Below, piece after piece: positions 13,745-26,700 of a DNA stretch of 64,000 bases. Below the pieces are notes generated by a model, which was given only the letters and a program-made list of their open reading frames with translations, was not told the origin of the DNA and made no database searches. Position 1 is the stretch's first letter, and each line of letters begins with the position of its first letter. A program made the translations under genes and the position numbers. The stretch comes from Bugula neritina (Eukaryota; Animalia; Bryozoa). The stretch covers positions 19,518,767 through 19,582,766 of the forward strand of contig OZ037766.1 of NCBI GenBank assembly GCA_964035545.1, given 5' to 3'.

Positions 13745-14359
13745 CTAATAAAATCTCGAACATTGACAACAGTTTGTTTTTTATCACTAATAACTTTATA
13801 CTTTTTAAATTTAGAATTCTAAAAAGCCAATATCGCTTGGTAAAGTTAAGAAATCATCTAAGTAGACGAGGAAATCAAGGGTAATACTGCATAACATGGT
13901 GAGCACATTTTTATTGGTAACTTTAAGAACATTTGTTTTTACAATTTCTATAATTTGTAATTTAGCTTTTCCAGTAACTATGTCTTTATTTGCCTTACAG
14001 AGGCAGATAAATTGTTGTAAAATGTTTTGAATATTTTAGGTTGTTCATGAGCAAGAAAGACTTAAACATGTGCAGGAGACAAGTTATTTCTATAAGTTTT
14101 TAAATGCAAATAGAACTTGACAAGCCAAGTAAAACTTTTCAATTTATGTATTAGTCTATTCCAAGCAAATAAATTCGTAATATGAAGTAGTCAATTTAAC
14201 CAGTAATAAATAATACAAGTATAAAGATTTCAGTTTCAACTTTCACTACTTGGGAGTACCATTTGCCTTAGCCATTTGCTATCTTTTATTAAAAATTTAA
14301 AAACTAATAAAATCTCTAACATTGACAACAGTTTGTTTTTTATCACTAATAACTTTATA
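13745..14359. repeat. Pair of 56-bp direct repeats (13745-13800 and 14304-14359)
   Basis: ctaataaaatctc(g/t)aacattgacaacagtttgttttttatcactaataactttata; one mismatch, 559 bp apart. Confidence 0.9.
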
Positions 14360-14700
14360 TTTTAAGCACGTGCAGTATAACAGTAACAAGAATACAGGAA
14401 TGATTTAGCAAAATAAAATATAATTAAACATGATCAAACCAACATTAACAACTATTATCATAATATAATTATGTAAAAATAGAAAAGCTGTTCTTGTATA
14501 TAGCATTAAATATATCTTAAGCTGAAATAATATACAACACATGACACATGTACTTTAGTTAATCATTGCATTGACCTATCTATCTCTAATTAATCAGTTC
14601 TCTATTGGTAAAACAGGAGCAGCACAGGCTAAGGAACATACTAAAAGAGACAAAATTTATGTACTGCAAATAATTAAAGTTTCCTACAGATCTTCATTGT

Positions 14701-14743
14701 CTAGTTGTATCCACTCTCTGAATCAGTACTAAATTCTTCGTCC
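14701..14743 (-). CDS. MYO18A: MYO18 terminal coding exon
   Basis: tttcag|g GAC GAA GAA TTT AGT ACT GAT TCA GAG AGT GGA TAC AAC TAG; phase 2 matches the donor at 16275. Minus-strand AATAAA at 14285-14290. Confidence 0.8.
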
Positions 14744-17700
14744 CTGAAAATATAAACCTAGCCATTACTAAGCTGCCTTTTAACTGAAACATGCAAAGTT
14801 ATGTCAGAATTTCTAGAAAAATAGTGGTGAAAATGCTAGTAGTAAATTGTACAACTATATTCTTAGTAATAATAAAGTGAATATAATGCCAGCTCAACTT
14901 TAAAAAGCCAAACTGTATAAATTTTACCTATGGTTTACAACCCCATAATTGTACATAATATTATATTTTAAGAGCATTTGCGCTACCAGCATTTATGTTT
15001 GGGTGAATTGGCATGTAAAGCTTGCATTTTAATTACTGACAACACCTGTAACTAATAGTGACTAAAAGACTTCATTTAACTTTTTATATACACCATAGGT
15101 GTAGAAAATTTAAATCGATTCCAAATGTTAACTCAAATAAGATGCTGAACAATAAACAAGGTTTCAAAGTGACTTAGTTTTACATACATCTATAAGCAAC
15201 ACATTATCCCACTATAAGCCCTCACTTTAAACACAACCTAATGCACCTTCAACATGTAACATAACCTGTGACATCTCCCATCACCAAATAAGCCAACCAA
15301 CCAACTACTAGCAAATAACTGAGCAAACCAGAAATAACAAAATAAGCACTCAACTGAACAGCTAAAAGTTAAATTAATACTATTTCAAATAGCTAGCTTT
15401 AACCCAGGCTAAAAATGAGTGTATTAGCCCTTTACCGGTGGTCTATATCTTCCATTTCATCCCTGTATCACAGTGAATGCAAATTAGATGCCTTTGCAAA
15501 ATAAGAATACAAAATATAAAAAGCTATGGCAAATAACAAAACAATTCGGGAAGTTGCCACCAAATCCAATGATACATACAAACATCTGATACAAGTATTT
15601 CCAAGTGGACGAAGTAGGGAAACTCTCGCTGTATAACAACACTTAGAAAACAGAACTGCCAAACAAGTTTATAAATAACTCATGACAAATGCAAAAAAAA
15701 TAAAAAGGACAAACTGTAAAACCAGCTGTTCCTAACCAACTTCTCGTCACATGCAAATGCAAATTTCATCATTATCAGAGAAATTTTGTTGTTGTGCAAT
15801 AGAAATTATCTGTTAAAAAAGTTTTTGTTGAAATGCAAACTAAATGTTAAAAGTTGAAAATTATCAGTAATTCGATTATACTAAATATAGTATTTATGTT
15901 GATGACAAAGTGATTTCTGTAATATAAGAGTGAACACAGATGTAATATAAACTTATCTACCTTTGCTTAACCTAACACTCTGAACTCAATGCTGTCTTTT
16001 AATATAACAGTAATTTGTAATATTTGCAATTTAATTCTTGTATTTGTTAATAATTTTTATGTTAGTCATTGTATAAACAGTGAAAGTTGGTACCCATTTA
16101 ACTGCATTGCTTAATTTGCGTAAGTGTAAAACCTGTTGAAAAAATAATTGTTTTAAAATGATGCCGACAAGACTAATATAAAAATATGGTATGTTTTTAC
16201 CATATTGTAACGTGAGCTCACTGGTAAAGTGAGCTTATGTTACAATTTCACAACAGAAAAAAAATTCTAACTTACTCATCGTCAGTCAAGATGGAGTGAG
16301 CCAACTCAGCCTGTAGATTGTCTGCACGTTTCTGGGCTGATTTGAGATCGACTTGAAGTTGGTGAACCTCTGAATCACACAGCTCCACCTTTTGAGTCTA
16401 TTGATAATCATAATACATATACTTATACCATCAAATGATACCATATACTCAGACTATCAACTGATAACACACCACCAAATAACAAACTCACCAAGCTGGA
16501 TATGGTTTGGGTTTGCTCAATGTCTTTTCTATTTACAGATTCTAGACTTTCTAGGGTTCTGCTGAGCTGGTTTTGTAATTGTCTTCCCCTGCGCTCTTCA
16601 TCAGCTATTTTCATATTAAGTTTACTAATTTCATCATCCAATTTATCGCAGTTATCTTTTGCTTTCAATGCCTGATTCTAGCAAAAGTAAATAATAAAAA
16701 GAGATAATCCATTACTGATGAATAAGTTGCAGTTTTTGTGGCAATCGATGACTTGGTGTGGTGAATCATCATTGGCTACAGATAATTGTTGACCATTCTC
16801 ATTCACCAATATTAGCCATGAAAACTAATCCGTTATAAAACATTTATTTTTTTTATTTTATACCAATAAAGTATATAAACTTTTCAGATGATCCAGTAAC
16901 ACATTACACTTAAACTATTTTTAGATGATGTTTCAGTCGGATTTTATTTCAGATAAATTTACATTATTAGTATCAAAATTTCATGCGGCACATCATATAT
17001 CTAAAATGAGTTTTCCCTCAAATCAATGGAAGAACTTTTCATGGGAAATAAGAAAACAATCTCAGTTATACAAAAGAAAAATTTCTGAACATTCCCAATT
17101 GTTGCTAGAATAATTTTGTTATGAAGCTAAATCTAATAAACTGTCTCAAGTCTAACCACATTTCACAGTTACTCTAGTTTTGAAAATTGTTTTAAAAGCC
17201 TTACATAATAAGTGTTTCTAGCAGTAACAATTACAAGTGCAGTTTAGGACCATTGATATATAGTAAGTATAACCTGCAGATCAGCATTACACTGCAATGC
17301 TTCAATCAGCGCTGTTGGTAGATTGAAGCTTGATCCACTATACTAATGCATCTGGCATGTAGCCAATAGCTCACCATCAAAACATCAAGTCTGAAACACT
17401 CACCTCAAATCTAACTCTCACACTTTTTTCATATTCCAATTTCTGTTCTATCTCCAATACTTTAAATTCCAGAATAGATATTCTGTCCTTCGGAACAAAG
17501 TGGGAATCTAAGTGAGCTAGTTTACTATTCGCAGAGTCCAGTTCCTCCTGAAGCTTGGACTTCGTTTCTGATAGAGATGATATCTGCTCTGTCTGGTCTT
17601 TTAGTTTCATCGTGTTTACCGTGTTCTACAACACCATCTGTATTAATTATCAGTTACCAAACTTACTATTTTAGAGTTAACAAAATGACAAATGTTTAAT

Positions 17701-20700
17701 TTAATCGAAGAAAACAACTTCAAAATTTCAGCCACGCAAACACAAATGTTTTTTTAAAGTTGCAAGCAAACTGGGTGAGTGAAAAAGTGAGGTTAAGAAA
17801 GTATAAGACAAATTCCAAGTAGGGCCTATTACAAATAAATCAAAAGTTTCGGCTTTATTATTCAGGGTCCACTGAGTGTACTCAACCTAAAATATTTCTA
17901 TGAACATACATAACATGGTGAATGTTTGAATTATTTATTAGTCAGCTATAAGTATGAATGAGTAAGACTAAATGAGAGAGATGGTGTATAGAACTGAGAG
18001 ATGGTATATAGGACTGAGAGAGATGGTGTATAGGACTGAGAGATGGTGTATAGAACTGAATGAGTTTGACAGAGTTATTATTAGGAGAGACAAGTATTTG
18101 TACCTGTGAAACCAAAGTCTGGTATCGCTTCAAGAGCTCATGAATTTCTTCATCTAAATCTTCTTTTTCATTTTCAATGTCATTTTTCTCTCTCATCAGT
18201 TTGGACGCTCTATCTTCAGCTTCTACTTTCGATTTGTTGGCAGCAGAAATCTGGTGCTGACATTGCTGAAGGTCAACTTCAAGAGACTGTTTAGACTTGA
18301 GAGCAGCAGTTAGATTGGATTGAAGGTCTTCCAGCTAAATCAGAATAAAAAGCAGACGCAGATTTAGTTGATGGTGGCAAATATATGCCAATAGAGTGTA
18401 ATGAATAGACAGATTATAAACTGAAAAAAGTGGGAGTAGATTATGGAGTAAGAGAGCTGCAGCTATACATACTTTGGTTTCCATGGCTCTATATTGAGAT
18501 TTCTGACTATTTTGCTCTTTCAATTTTTCAATCTGACTCGTAGTGTCACTGAGTAGGGCCCTGAGGCGCTTGATGACTCCCCGCAACTCCTTTTCATGCT
18601 CTAAATCAGCACATACTCATGGACTAACGTGTCTGGCGACTTAAACAAGAAACTTAACAGCAAAACTTTAAACCAGTCATATTTTACTAACTGATCCAGC
18701 AACTCTGTGAGCAATTACTTCAGTTCAGAAGGAACTTAGCTTGAACAGGGAAAAAGTTCTGCTGCAATGAAAGTTTGATTTCCAACAAATTGTCCACTGA
18801 ACACTGGAGTTACTTAGTTAGTTACTTATAACTTACCAGGTAAATAACAACATGAATACTATAAGTCATGAATACCGGAGTATAAAATATCTTACATGCT
18901 TATATCGAGTGTAATTAATAAAAGAAATGCACTACATATATCCTATATGGCACCACAAGTCAACACTAACACTACCTACATTTACAGGTGAAAAGTTACT
19001 CACCAACATCTCTAACTGGCGCAGTGTCTTTCGCCTTCAGCCATTTTCTTTCTGCTTCACGGCGTTCTTGAAGAGCCTGGTGTAGTTCCTCTTCTAACTC
19101 AGCTATTCTGCTTTCATAGTTTCTAGTCTTACGGGCCTGAGTGTCCCGCACCTCCTCCAAATCTCTTTCTAATTGGTCAATTTCTTTCTGGTGCTTTTGC
19201 TTAAGTTTATCAACCTCCATTTGTATTTTCAATTTTGCCTAAAATATAACACCAACTATCAGGCGATGAATGTTTATAACACCAACTATCAGGCAATCAA
19301 TGCCTATAAGAATATATTCTAAGCAATTTAAACTGGCTCACAAATTTTCATTTGAGGAGCTGTAGCCAATACTATTATACTAAGGTGTTAGTTTACAGCT
19401 AAACTTAACATAATATATTATACTTTGCAATTACTTACATAGTAGATTATTATATATATATATTATATTATATTATATATATATACTAAAAACTTTCATT
19501 TGACCAGCTCACACTTCAATTTACTGGCAAATAGTCTTGTAAATGATAATAGCATATAAAAAATTAGAATCTTGATGAATGTTTTCAGTCCATAAGGTTA
19601 TGTTCGGAATACTACTACTACACACACAATACTTGTTGGTATTATGAAATCCATATCCAAAGTTGAACTAGTGCTGTACACTGCTAAAACCACTGAAGAG
19701 TGAAGAGTAGTGCATTTTTTCAGCTTGGCTATGTAAAACAAATTTTCCCTTATTCAAATTGAATTTATCATTTAAAAGGTTGCTTTTTAATATTTTAATA
19801 ACAAACCTAAAACTTGGGAGAAATTTAAAAGCACTTTACATTGTGAGCAAATGAATTAGTGGCACTTTCTATTATAATAAATGAATCATTATTTAAACAA
19901 AATCAATTAAAGTAAACAGGCTAGGCAACAGAAAATCTTACTTTTTCAATCAAGTACAGTAAATTATTATAGGCCATTTAAGTGCAATTCTTTTCTAATT
20001 CAAAACATAAGGGTTGGGACATACACCTCATTGGAAATCAGATGAAGATTTAGAACTAAAGACTATACAATACTTTTATCAGCAACTTCATTTATGGCAC
20101 TCTTATAATATTTAAGAACAATAAAAACTTCATTGATAACTAAAGAGACTTTGGTGAGCAACTCCTGAGTGTAAGCTATTTGGAGTTATCAGCCCACTAA
20201 TGAGTGGCACCTGACACTAACACTAATGTAACTGCTTTTCCTCTTAATTTGAAAGAGAAAACTAACCTATAAGTTATTTAAGCCTAAACGTGGTAGAGTT
20301 TTCGGTTTAAAATCGGAAAATGATTTAAAAAAGGGACACTCGGCAAAGATCAGAATATATTAGTTCAACTGTAAATTAGATTCCCATTGACTCAATGAAA
20401 CTGGCCGGTGTGATTGTCAGGACTAGCAAGTTGGCTCTCTGTACTATGTTAAGGTTGAAGTTGCTACGAAATTGCCGAAAAGCTGGTGGTTTATTGGAAT
20501 CAAACAGTTTAGAACTGCTTCAATAATCCCTCCCAGTATTTTACGAGAAAGATGTAAGAAACAATGAGATGAAGAGCATGAATAGAAAAACAAAATATGC
20601 AACTGTCAATTCTTTTACCTATTTATATCTATTTCTATTTCAAGCCCTTACAACTTAACGTGCAATGTCTCCACAATCTATTATAGTTAGCCATCATAGC

Positions 20701-23700
20701 TATGATAGGCTATCATTGTACCACAAAGATTAGCAGAGCTCAAGTAAACAAATTACTATGATTGTATTGACACTCTTGTGAATATTAAAGGAACTAAAAA
20801 TATAGCTGATGATAAATTTTATCTGTTCTCTGTAGTCCATGAGTAGACAACTTTGTTTAGTTTCACCATGAGCCACTGAGCTCTATTGCATATACTTATT
20901 AAACCATGTAATATGAGTACTACAACTAATTCTGTACAAAGTATGTGGAGTATTCAAGTATCAATATCAAATGTTATTGCTACTTTAATACTTTACGGTT
21001 AAGAATCAAGCATATGTTGCCAAGTGTGCAGGTCTATGGAACTCTATTTCTGAAAATTCTGACAGAAGTTCTCACTTTTGGAAGTGCTGACAATAATTTA
21101 TGAGGGTGGGTTAGATAATCAACATCAGTTTGTAATTCAATATTTTAAAAGTTATAAGATGTTATTGGGAGAGATATGATTCATAGGTCTCACAGAATGC
21201 AAAAACCTAGACCACACATATATTGATTTGAATTCTTCTTACCATGATCAAAGAATGGCACACAAATAGGATGTCTCAGTCAACATTTTTACTAAAAAGT
21301 AATTTCCACTCAAATGTTGATGAAATCGAGTTTCACAATAGAATGAGTCACAGGAAACTGTATGCTGGCTGAAGTATATTTTTAGAAACTTGAATAGAGC
21401 TGAGTTGATGCTTATTGTAGTAGATTAAACAGGAATAATGAGAGCATGTTCACTACTAGTTAAGTGAGGTAATTAACCTTGCTTGACTGCTCCTTTAGTG
21501 CTCAAGAGTGACAAGCTAAGCTAATTAACAATTATTACTGGGAGAAAGAGTTGATTAAAATAGTAAAACCTGCCACATGAATTAAGCAAGGGCTACTGTT
21601 GCAGCTGTACAAATGCACATTGTCAGAAGTTTCAATTCCTTGTCAAACAAGATTGTCCAACACAAATATTTCATTGTAATAATTTCAAGAAAAAACACCT
21701 ATATCTGTGATGCTGGGAATATGGCATTTGTAACTGATTTTTAGGGTAAGTTGTTTTCATTATATAAAGTATGAGTCAAATGATTTGGAGAAGAAATTAA
21801 TATTGTTGACAAATAAGGATGTACAGATTGAAGCCATGTTGAGTTGTAGGGAAGAGCACTTTCATGGTGCTAACAGAGACCTGATACATCTAACTTGAGT
21901 AGTGAAGTTAGACATTACTTTCACCTCGGAGATGTTAATGGTGAGATAAGACTGGAAGAAAAGAGTATCAGCTAAACAACCAGCCAAGGGTTATCTCAAA
22001 AGTATGAATTACCTACCATCTCCACCTCATGCATTTCCTGCTGCAGATCACCAATCTCGTCCTCGGATTCTGCAAGTTTTCTTTCCAGTGCATGTTTGAC
22101 AGACCTGAGTTCGATCAGTTCGGAGTCACCTCCTCCACCCGAGGATTTCAACTCTGTCATCTCATGCTCCAGCCTATGCAGTTTAGTCTGTAGAGCGTCT
22201 CTTTCAATCGTCACATCCTAGAGGCAGAGGAGAGAAATGACTTAGCAAACTACACTACTCTAGCTTATGCCTAATATGAATAATGATCAGATGCGAGTCC
22301 ATTTCTATGCCCCCTCCTGGTTGAATACTTGTTATGGATTTAGCTACAGGATAATGGGACTAAGGCTAGTCTTCATGGCAACCATAAACTACTTAGTGAT
22401 AGGTTTACTGTAGTGCTATGGCATGATTTGTTAATCAAAACTCGAATCAACTTCGAAATAAATATAAACAATCTAGTATCATACACAATTAGTTTAACCA
22501 TCGTGATCAGATTGATGGAATAGTTGATATCACTTAGGATGGCTTTGTTGAAGGGGATTGTAAGATATATAGGTTACTCAATTCACACTGATTCTGATAT
22601 ACTTTCCCCTGGAGTACAGCTAATAGAGTATCTATTGATACAATAGTCAGCAGTAATATCCTGGCAGCAAATGAATATCTGCCTGCCTGCTATTATAATG
22701 AGATTGATCACAATGACAATGGGTTAATTAAAGTATTTCATGATCTATAAGATAGAGCTGAACGTAGGTGTTTAAAATGTCACAGAAGTAGAAATAATGA
22801 CCAACCCAGCAGCATGTTTCCCCAAGGAAATAGGAATGCATTTATGGGGGTAATTTTTCAAATAAAAGCAGGTGTACATGCAGTAAGTACATAGCATCTT
22901 GATATCTCTACTATCTATCTCTTTACATCAACAACAAATTATCACTGATAGTATCAACACATGTTAAATCATGTAACCATAGAAAGTGAGAAGAAAATGT
23001 ACCTTCAATGTTGAGTCAGGCAAAAGACTTAAAACCCTCACCCTGTTCATGTTGACATCCATGATGTAATAATGATATGATATCCAGTAAGACTAAGAGT
23101 AGCCTATCACAGAGCTACAGTTTCAGACTGAGCACTAGAGCAAGTGATAGCAAGTGACACCAATACACAGAGCTAGTACTGCTAGTTACTACTATGTCAA
23201 AGACAAAGAACTCAGTGCCACTCCAGTTATTGCTAATCCTTTATTATGCTGATGAGGTGTGGTGGCATTGACTGGGAGTCACTGTATGCACACAGTACAA
23301 GCCACATCAGCCATGCAGCTGTATAACAATTATACTGCAAGTTACGGAGTACACAAAGCACTGTGCGGGCAATACTTTCAAATCACTCAACTAGGCCGAT
23401 GACAATACGACATCTGATTGGCTGATGACAACAATACTCTTGTGAAACCACGCTATGAAGAATTTATACAACGCGGATACGAACGAGCAAGCTCTATGCC
23501 GGTCAATGTGCCATCCAGCACCGGCTGACACAATGGCTCATTTAGTTTGCAGTAATTTCAGTTTAATGGTAGGGTGGATGTAGGTTTGAGCAGCAGAGGA
23601 AAAGTCGAAATTTCCTGGCCTTATAATACGATTCTAAACAGCTTTATATACTGCATATGAGTAGTGTATACCCTTCTAGGTGGTATACACACTGAATGTG

Positions 23701-26700
23701 ACATGTTACCCACACTGTGTGTGACATGCTATACACAGTGTGTGACATGCTATACACTGTGTGTGACATGTTATACACACTGAGTGACATGTTATACACT
23801 GTGTGTGGCATGCTATACACACTGTGTGTGGCATGCTATACACTGTGTGTGGCATGCTATACACACTGTGTGTGGCATGTTATACACTGTGTGTGACATG
23901 TTATACACTGTGTGTGTGACATACTATACACTGTGTGTGGCATACTATACACTGTGTGTGACATGCTATGCACTGTGTGTGGCATGTTATACACTGTGTG
24001 TGACATGTTATACACACTGTGTGGCATGTTATACACTGGGTGTGACATGCTATACACTGTGTGTGACATGTTATACACTGTGTGTGACATGTTATACACT
24101 GTGTGGCATACTATACACTGTGTGTGGCATACTATTACCTCTAGCTGCTGAGTGAGACTATATTTTTGAGTCAACAGCTGGTCTCTTTCCTTCTGCAGAA
24201 GGGCTTTCATACTCTTTTCCCCAGCCATGTCTCCTGCTTTTAGTTGAAGCTCCGAGTCAAATCTGTGTATAAACAGAAATGAGTAGACTACCAAGTTATA
24301 AGACATATCATGTCTTATTTACCTCCAAGTATGGTGTATACTTCTGTGCATAGTATATGATGTATAACCTACACTTCGAGTGCACAAGGAGCTTCAAAAA
24401 TACAAGAGAGGATAACTGCTTTTCTAAGATTAAATCTTCAACTTTATAGAAGGACAACTACTAAATATGATTGATTTACCTCCTTTGTCGCTTTTCTAGT
24501 TCGAAATTACGAGCCTCGCTATCCTCATATTGCCTCTTTAAATCTTGAGCCTCATTACTATATTTCTGCACTTTCTTTTTCAGATTTCCAATCACCTGCC
24601 CCTGCTCATTCTTTTCCAGTACTAATTCTTGCACCTGCCAAGAAGTTCATAACCGTCTTGCATTGCAGCTAAAATACTCAAATTTCAGCACATGATACAC
24701 TCAAAGTTGTGTTCCTTGTTTGTGAAAAAATTGATTCAAAACATGACATTTGGAAGGTTAGAAGCCACAGGCTCATTAAAAGTATACCAAGCAGAGCACA
24801 AGCTAGAAATAGACCGGCGAAAGTTAGGACCAACCTGTCTTTCTAGTTTATGCTTGGTGTGCTTGAATTCTTCTATTTCTTCTTCATGCTCAGTTTGCAG
24901 TTGTCTCCTCCTCAACTCATTCTCTTTCACCATGTGCTCGTACTTGGACTGAGTGATGAAAGAACCTGCGGGTTGAACAGTAAACACAGTATGCATTACC
25001 ACTCTGCACCAACTACGACACAAAGTGCATCTTGTAGTCTACAATTGCTGTTATGTTCTGTAGTAATATATTAAATACGTAGTTGCAAGTAAGTTGTTTA
25101 GTAACAAGTGTGTGCAAAGCTTAAACCCCAAAGTCCTGTCTGATAATTACTGATTACCTTTTCTTTGAAGTTAGCAAAGTTTCATCCATATAAACATAAT
25201 ACATACTCTTGAGCGAAAATACAATATACTATGCTATAAATGAGTGTAAGTTTAGTAGAATTTCTTGAAAATTCAATTTGACTATAGTCACAAATAAATT
25301 AAATTTAGAGATCAATAAACATGCTTAGAACAATTTTTTACATTACTTCAAAGCTTTCTTCTCTAAAAAGAAGACAACTGAAAGCTGTCCCAACCTAAAC
25401 ATAGCACTTTAGGCCTGGAAATCCATAACAGCGTCAACTGTACTGTACTGTAAATCCAATCAATAATTCTTGTTGATTCAATGCACCACCTTGAGAGCTA
25501 AAGTAAGATATACATTTTGCCATGCAAACTACTCTACCCTCCATCTGAATGATTCTACCATGTCCAAGATACATAGCTTTAGATCTACAAACTAACCATC
25601 TGGCACATCATGATGGCTCTCTTCATAACTTTCATGAACTTGTCTCAGTTCTTCATTTTCTTTCTCTAGCAATTCTATCTTTCTCTGTAGATCTTCATGA
25701 GATGCCTATGTATATAAATACTCTACACAGGTTAGCTACTTTATAATATTATATACATAAGCTCATATAACACACAAATGTTGAATGCATGCCTGTATAA
25801 AACAAAACTAGTAATAAAAATGATTGAGTGCTCAAAAAATACAAATTAGAGCATTTATATGATTTAGTGGATGCCGAAGTAGACAAATAGCTTAGCGTTG
25901 AATGACGAATGGTTAAGACTTGAAAGTAAGTTGATTTAATGGTCGTATAATAAAATAATGCAATTTCAGTATTTATAACAGAATTGGGTCTGTTGATTGA
26001 GGAAATATTTAAAACCATGCCTGTAAGAAGATGCTAGTTTGTGGATCTACTGTTTTACATTGTCTTATATTGTTCTAACAAAAGTAAATTACTAATAACT
26101 CACCACAAGGTCACTGAGCTGAGACTCTAGAGAAAGTCTGGAGGAAGTTTCCTGTTCAAGAAGTTCCACTGCCTGGCGAGAGACCTGCCTCTCCTGGACA
26201 GATTCTGACTGAAATCTAACAGCCTGAAAGACACAGCAGATATTGTTGAAAAACCTATTGCAAAAAAGTCAACGAAAATTAATGAAAAATCAATATTTTA
26301 TGCAATTGATAATGATGACATTTACTATAAGGCAAATTTTATCACTCCTCAAAAACAAATTTATTAAATTTTTTTACAAAGATAAGTTTTTTCTTAGAAT
26401 TATATAATATTCTACAAGTTCTGAGAAAATTTGTTTTCTTACCATAATAAACATTGAAATATGATTGAAAGAAAAAATACCAACTCAATATCGAGGTATA
26501 AACAGTTTTCTAGATAGAAATCCTACCTCATACATGTTTGAAACACAAAGGTGATCTACTAATAAGAAAAGCCTATCTATAGTTATTAGATGTATATATT
26601 TATGAATATTTATGTATCCTTGATTAATGTGAGAAAAACATCTTGGCTTCAGTTGAATAATCAACAGGTCATCACCATTATGCGTTGGCAATAATAAGCT

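Noticed and set aside
16204-16246. 19-bp-arm hairpin near a myosin donor
   Set aside because: Short, and its G-U pairs work only on the antisense strand; no further support.
17274-17342. Possible extra phase-0 myosin exon ([23 protein letters not shown])
   Set aside because: Weak acceptor and donor, a ~60-nt upstream intron, and a Pro that would break the coiled coil; the flanking exons already join in phase.
23320-23660. CpG-richer patch with ctgattggctga, possibly a non-autonomous element
   Set aside because: No convincing TIR/TSD pair could be defined by eye.
23784-24155. Cys-rich repeat ORFs
   Set aside because: Minisatellite translations antisense to a myosin intron.
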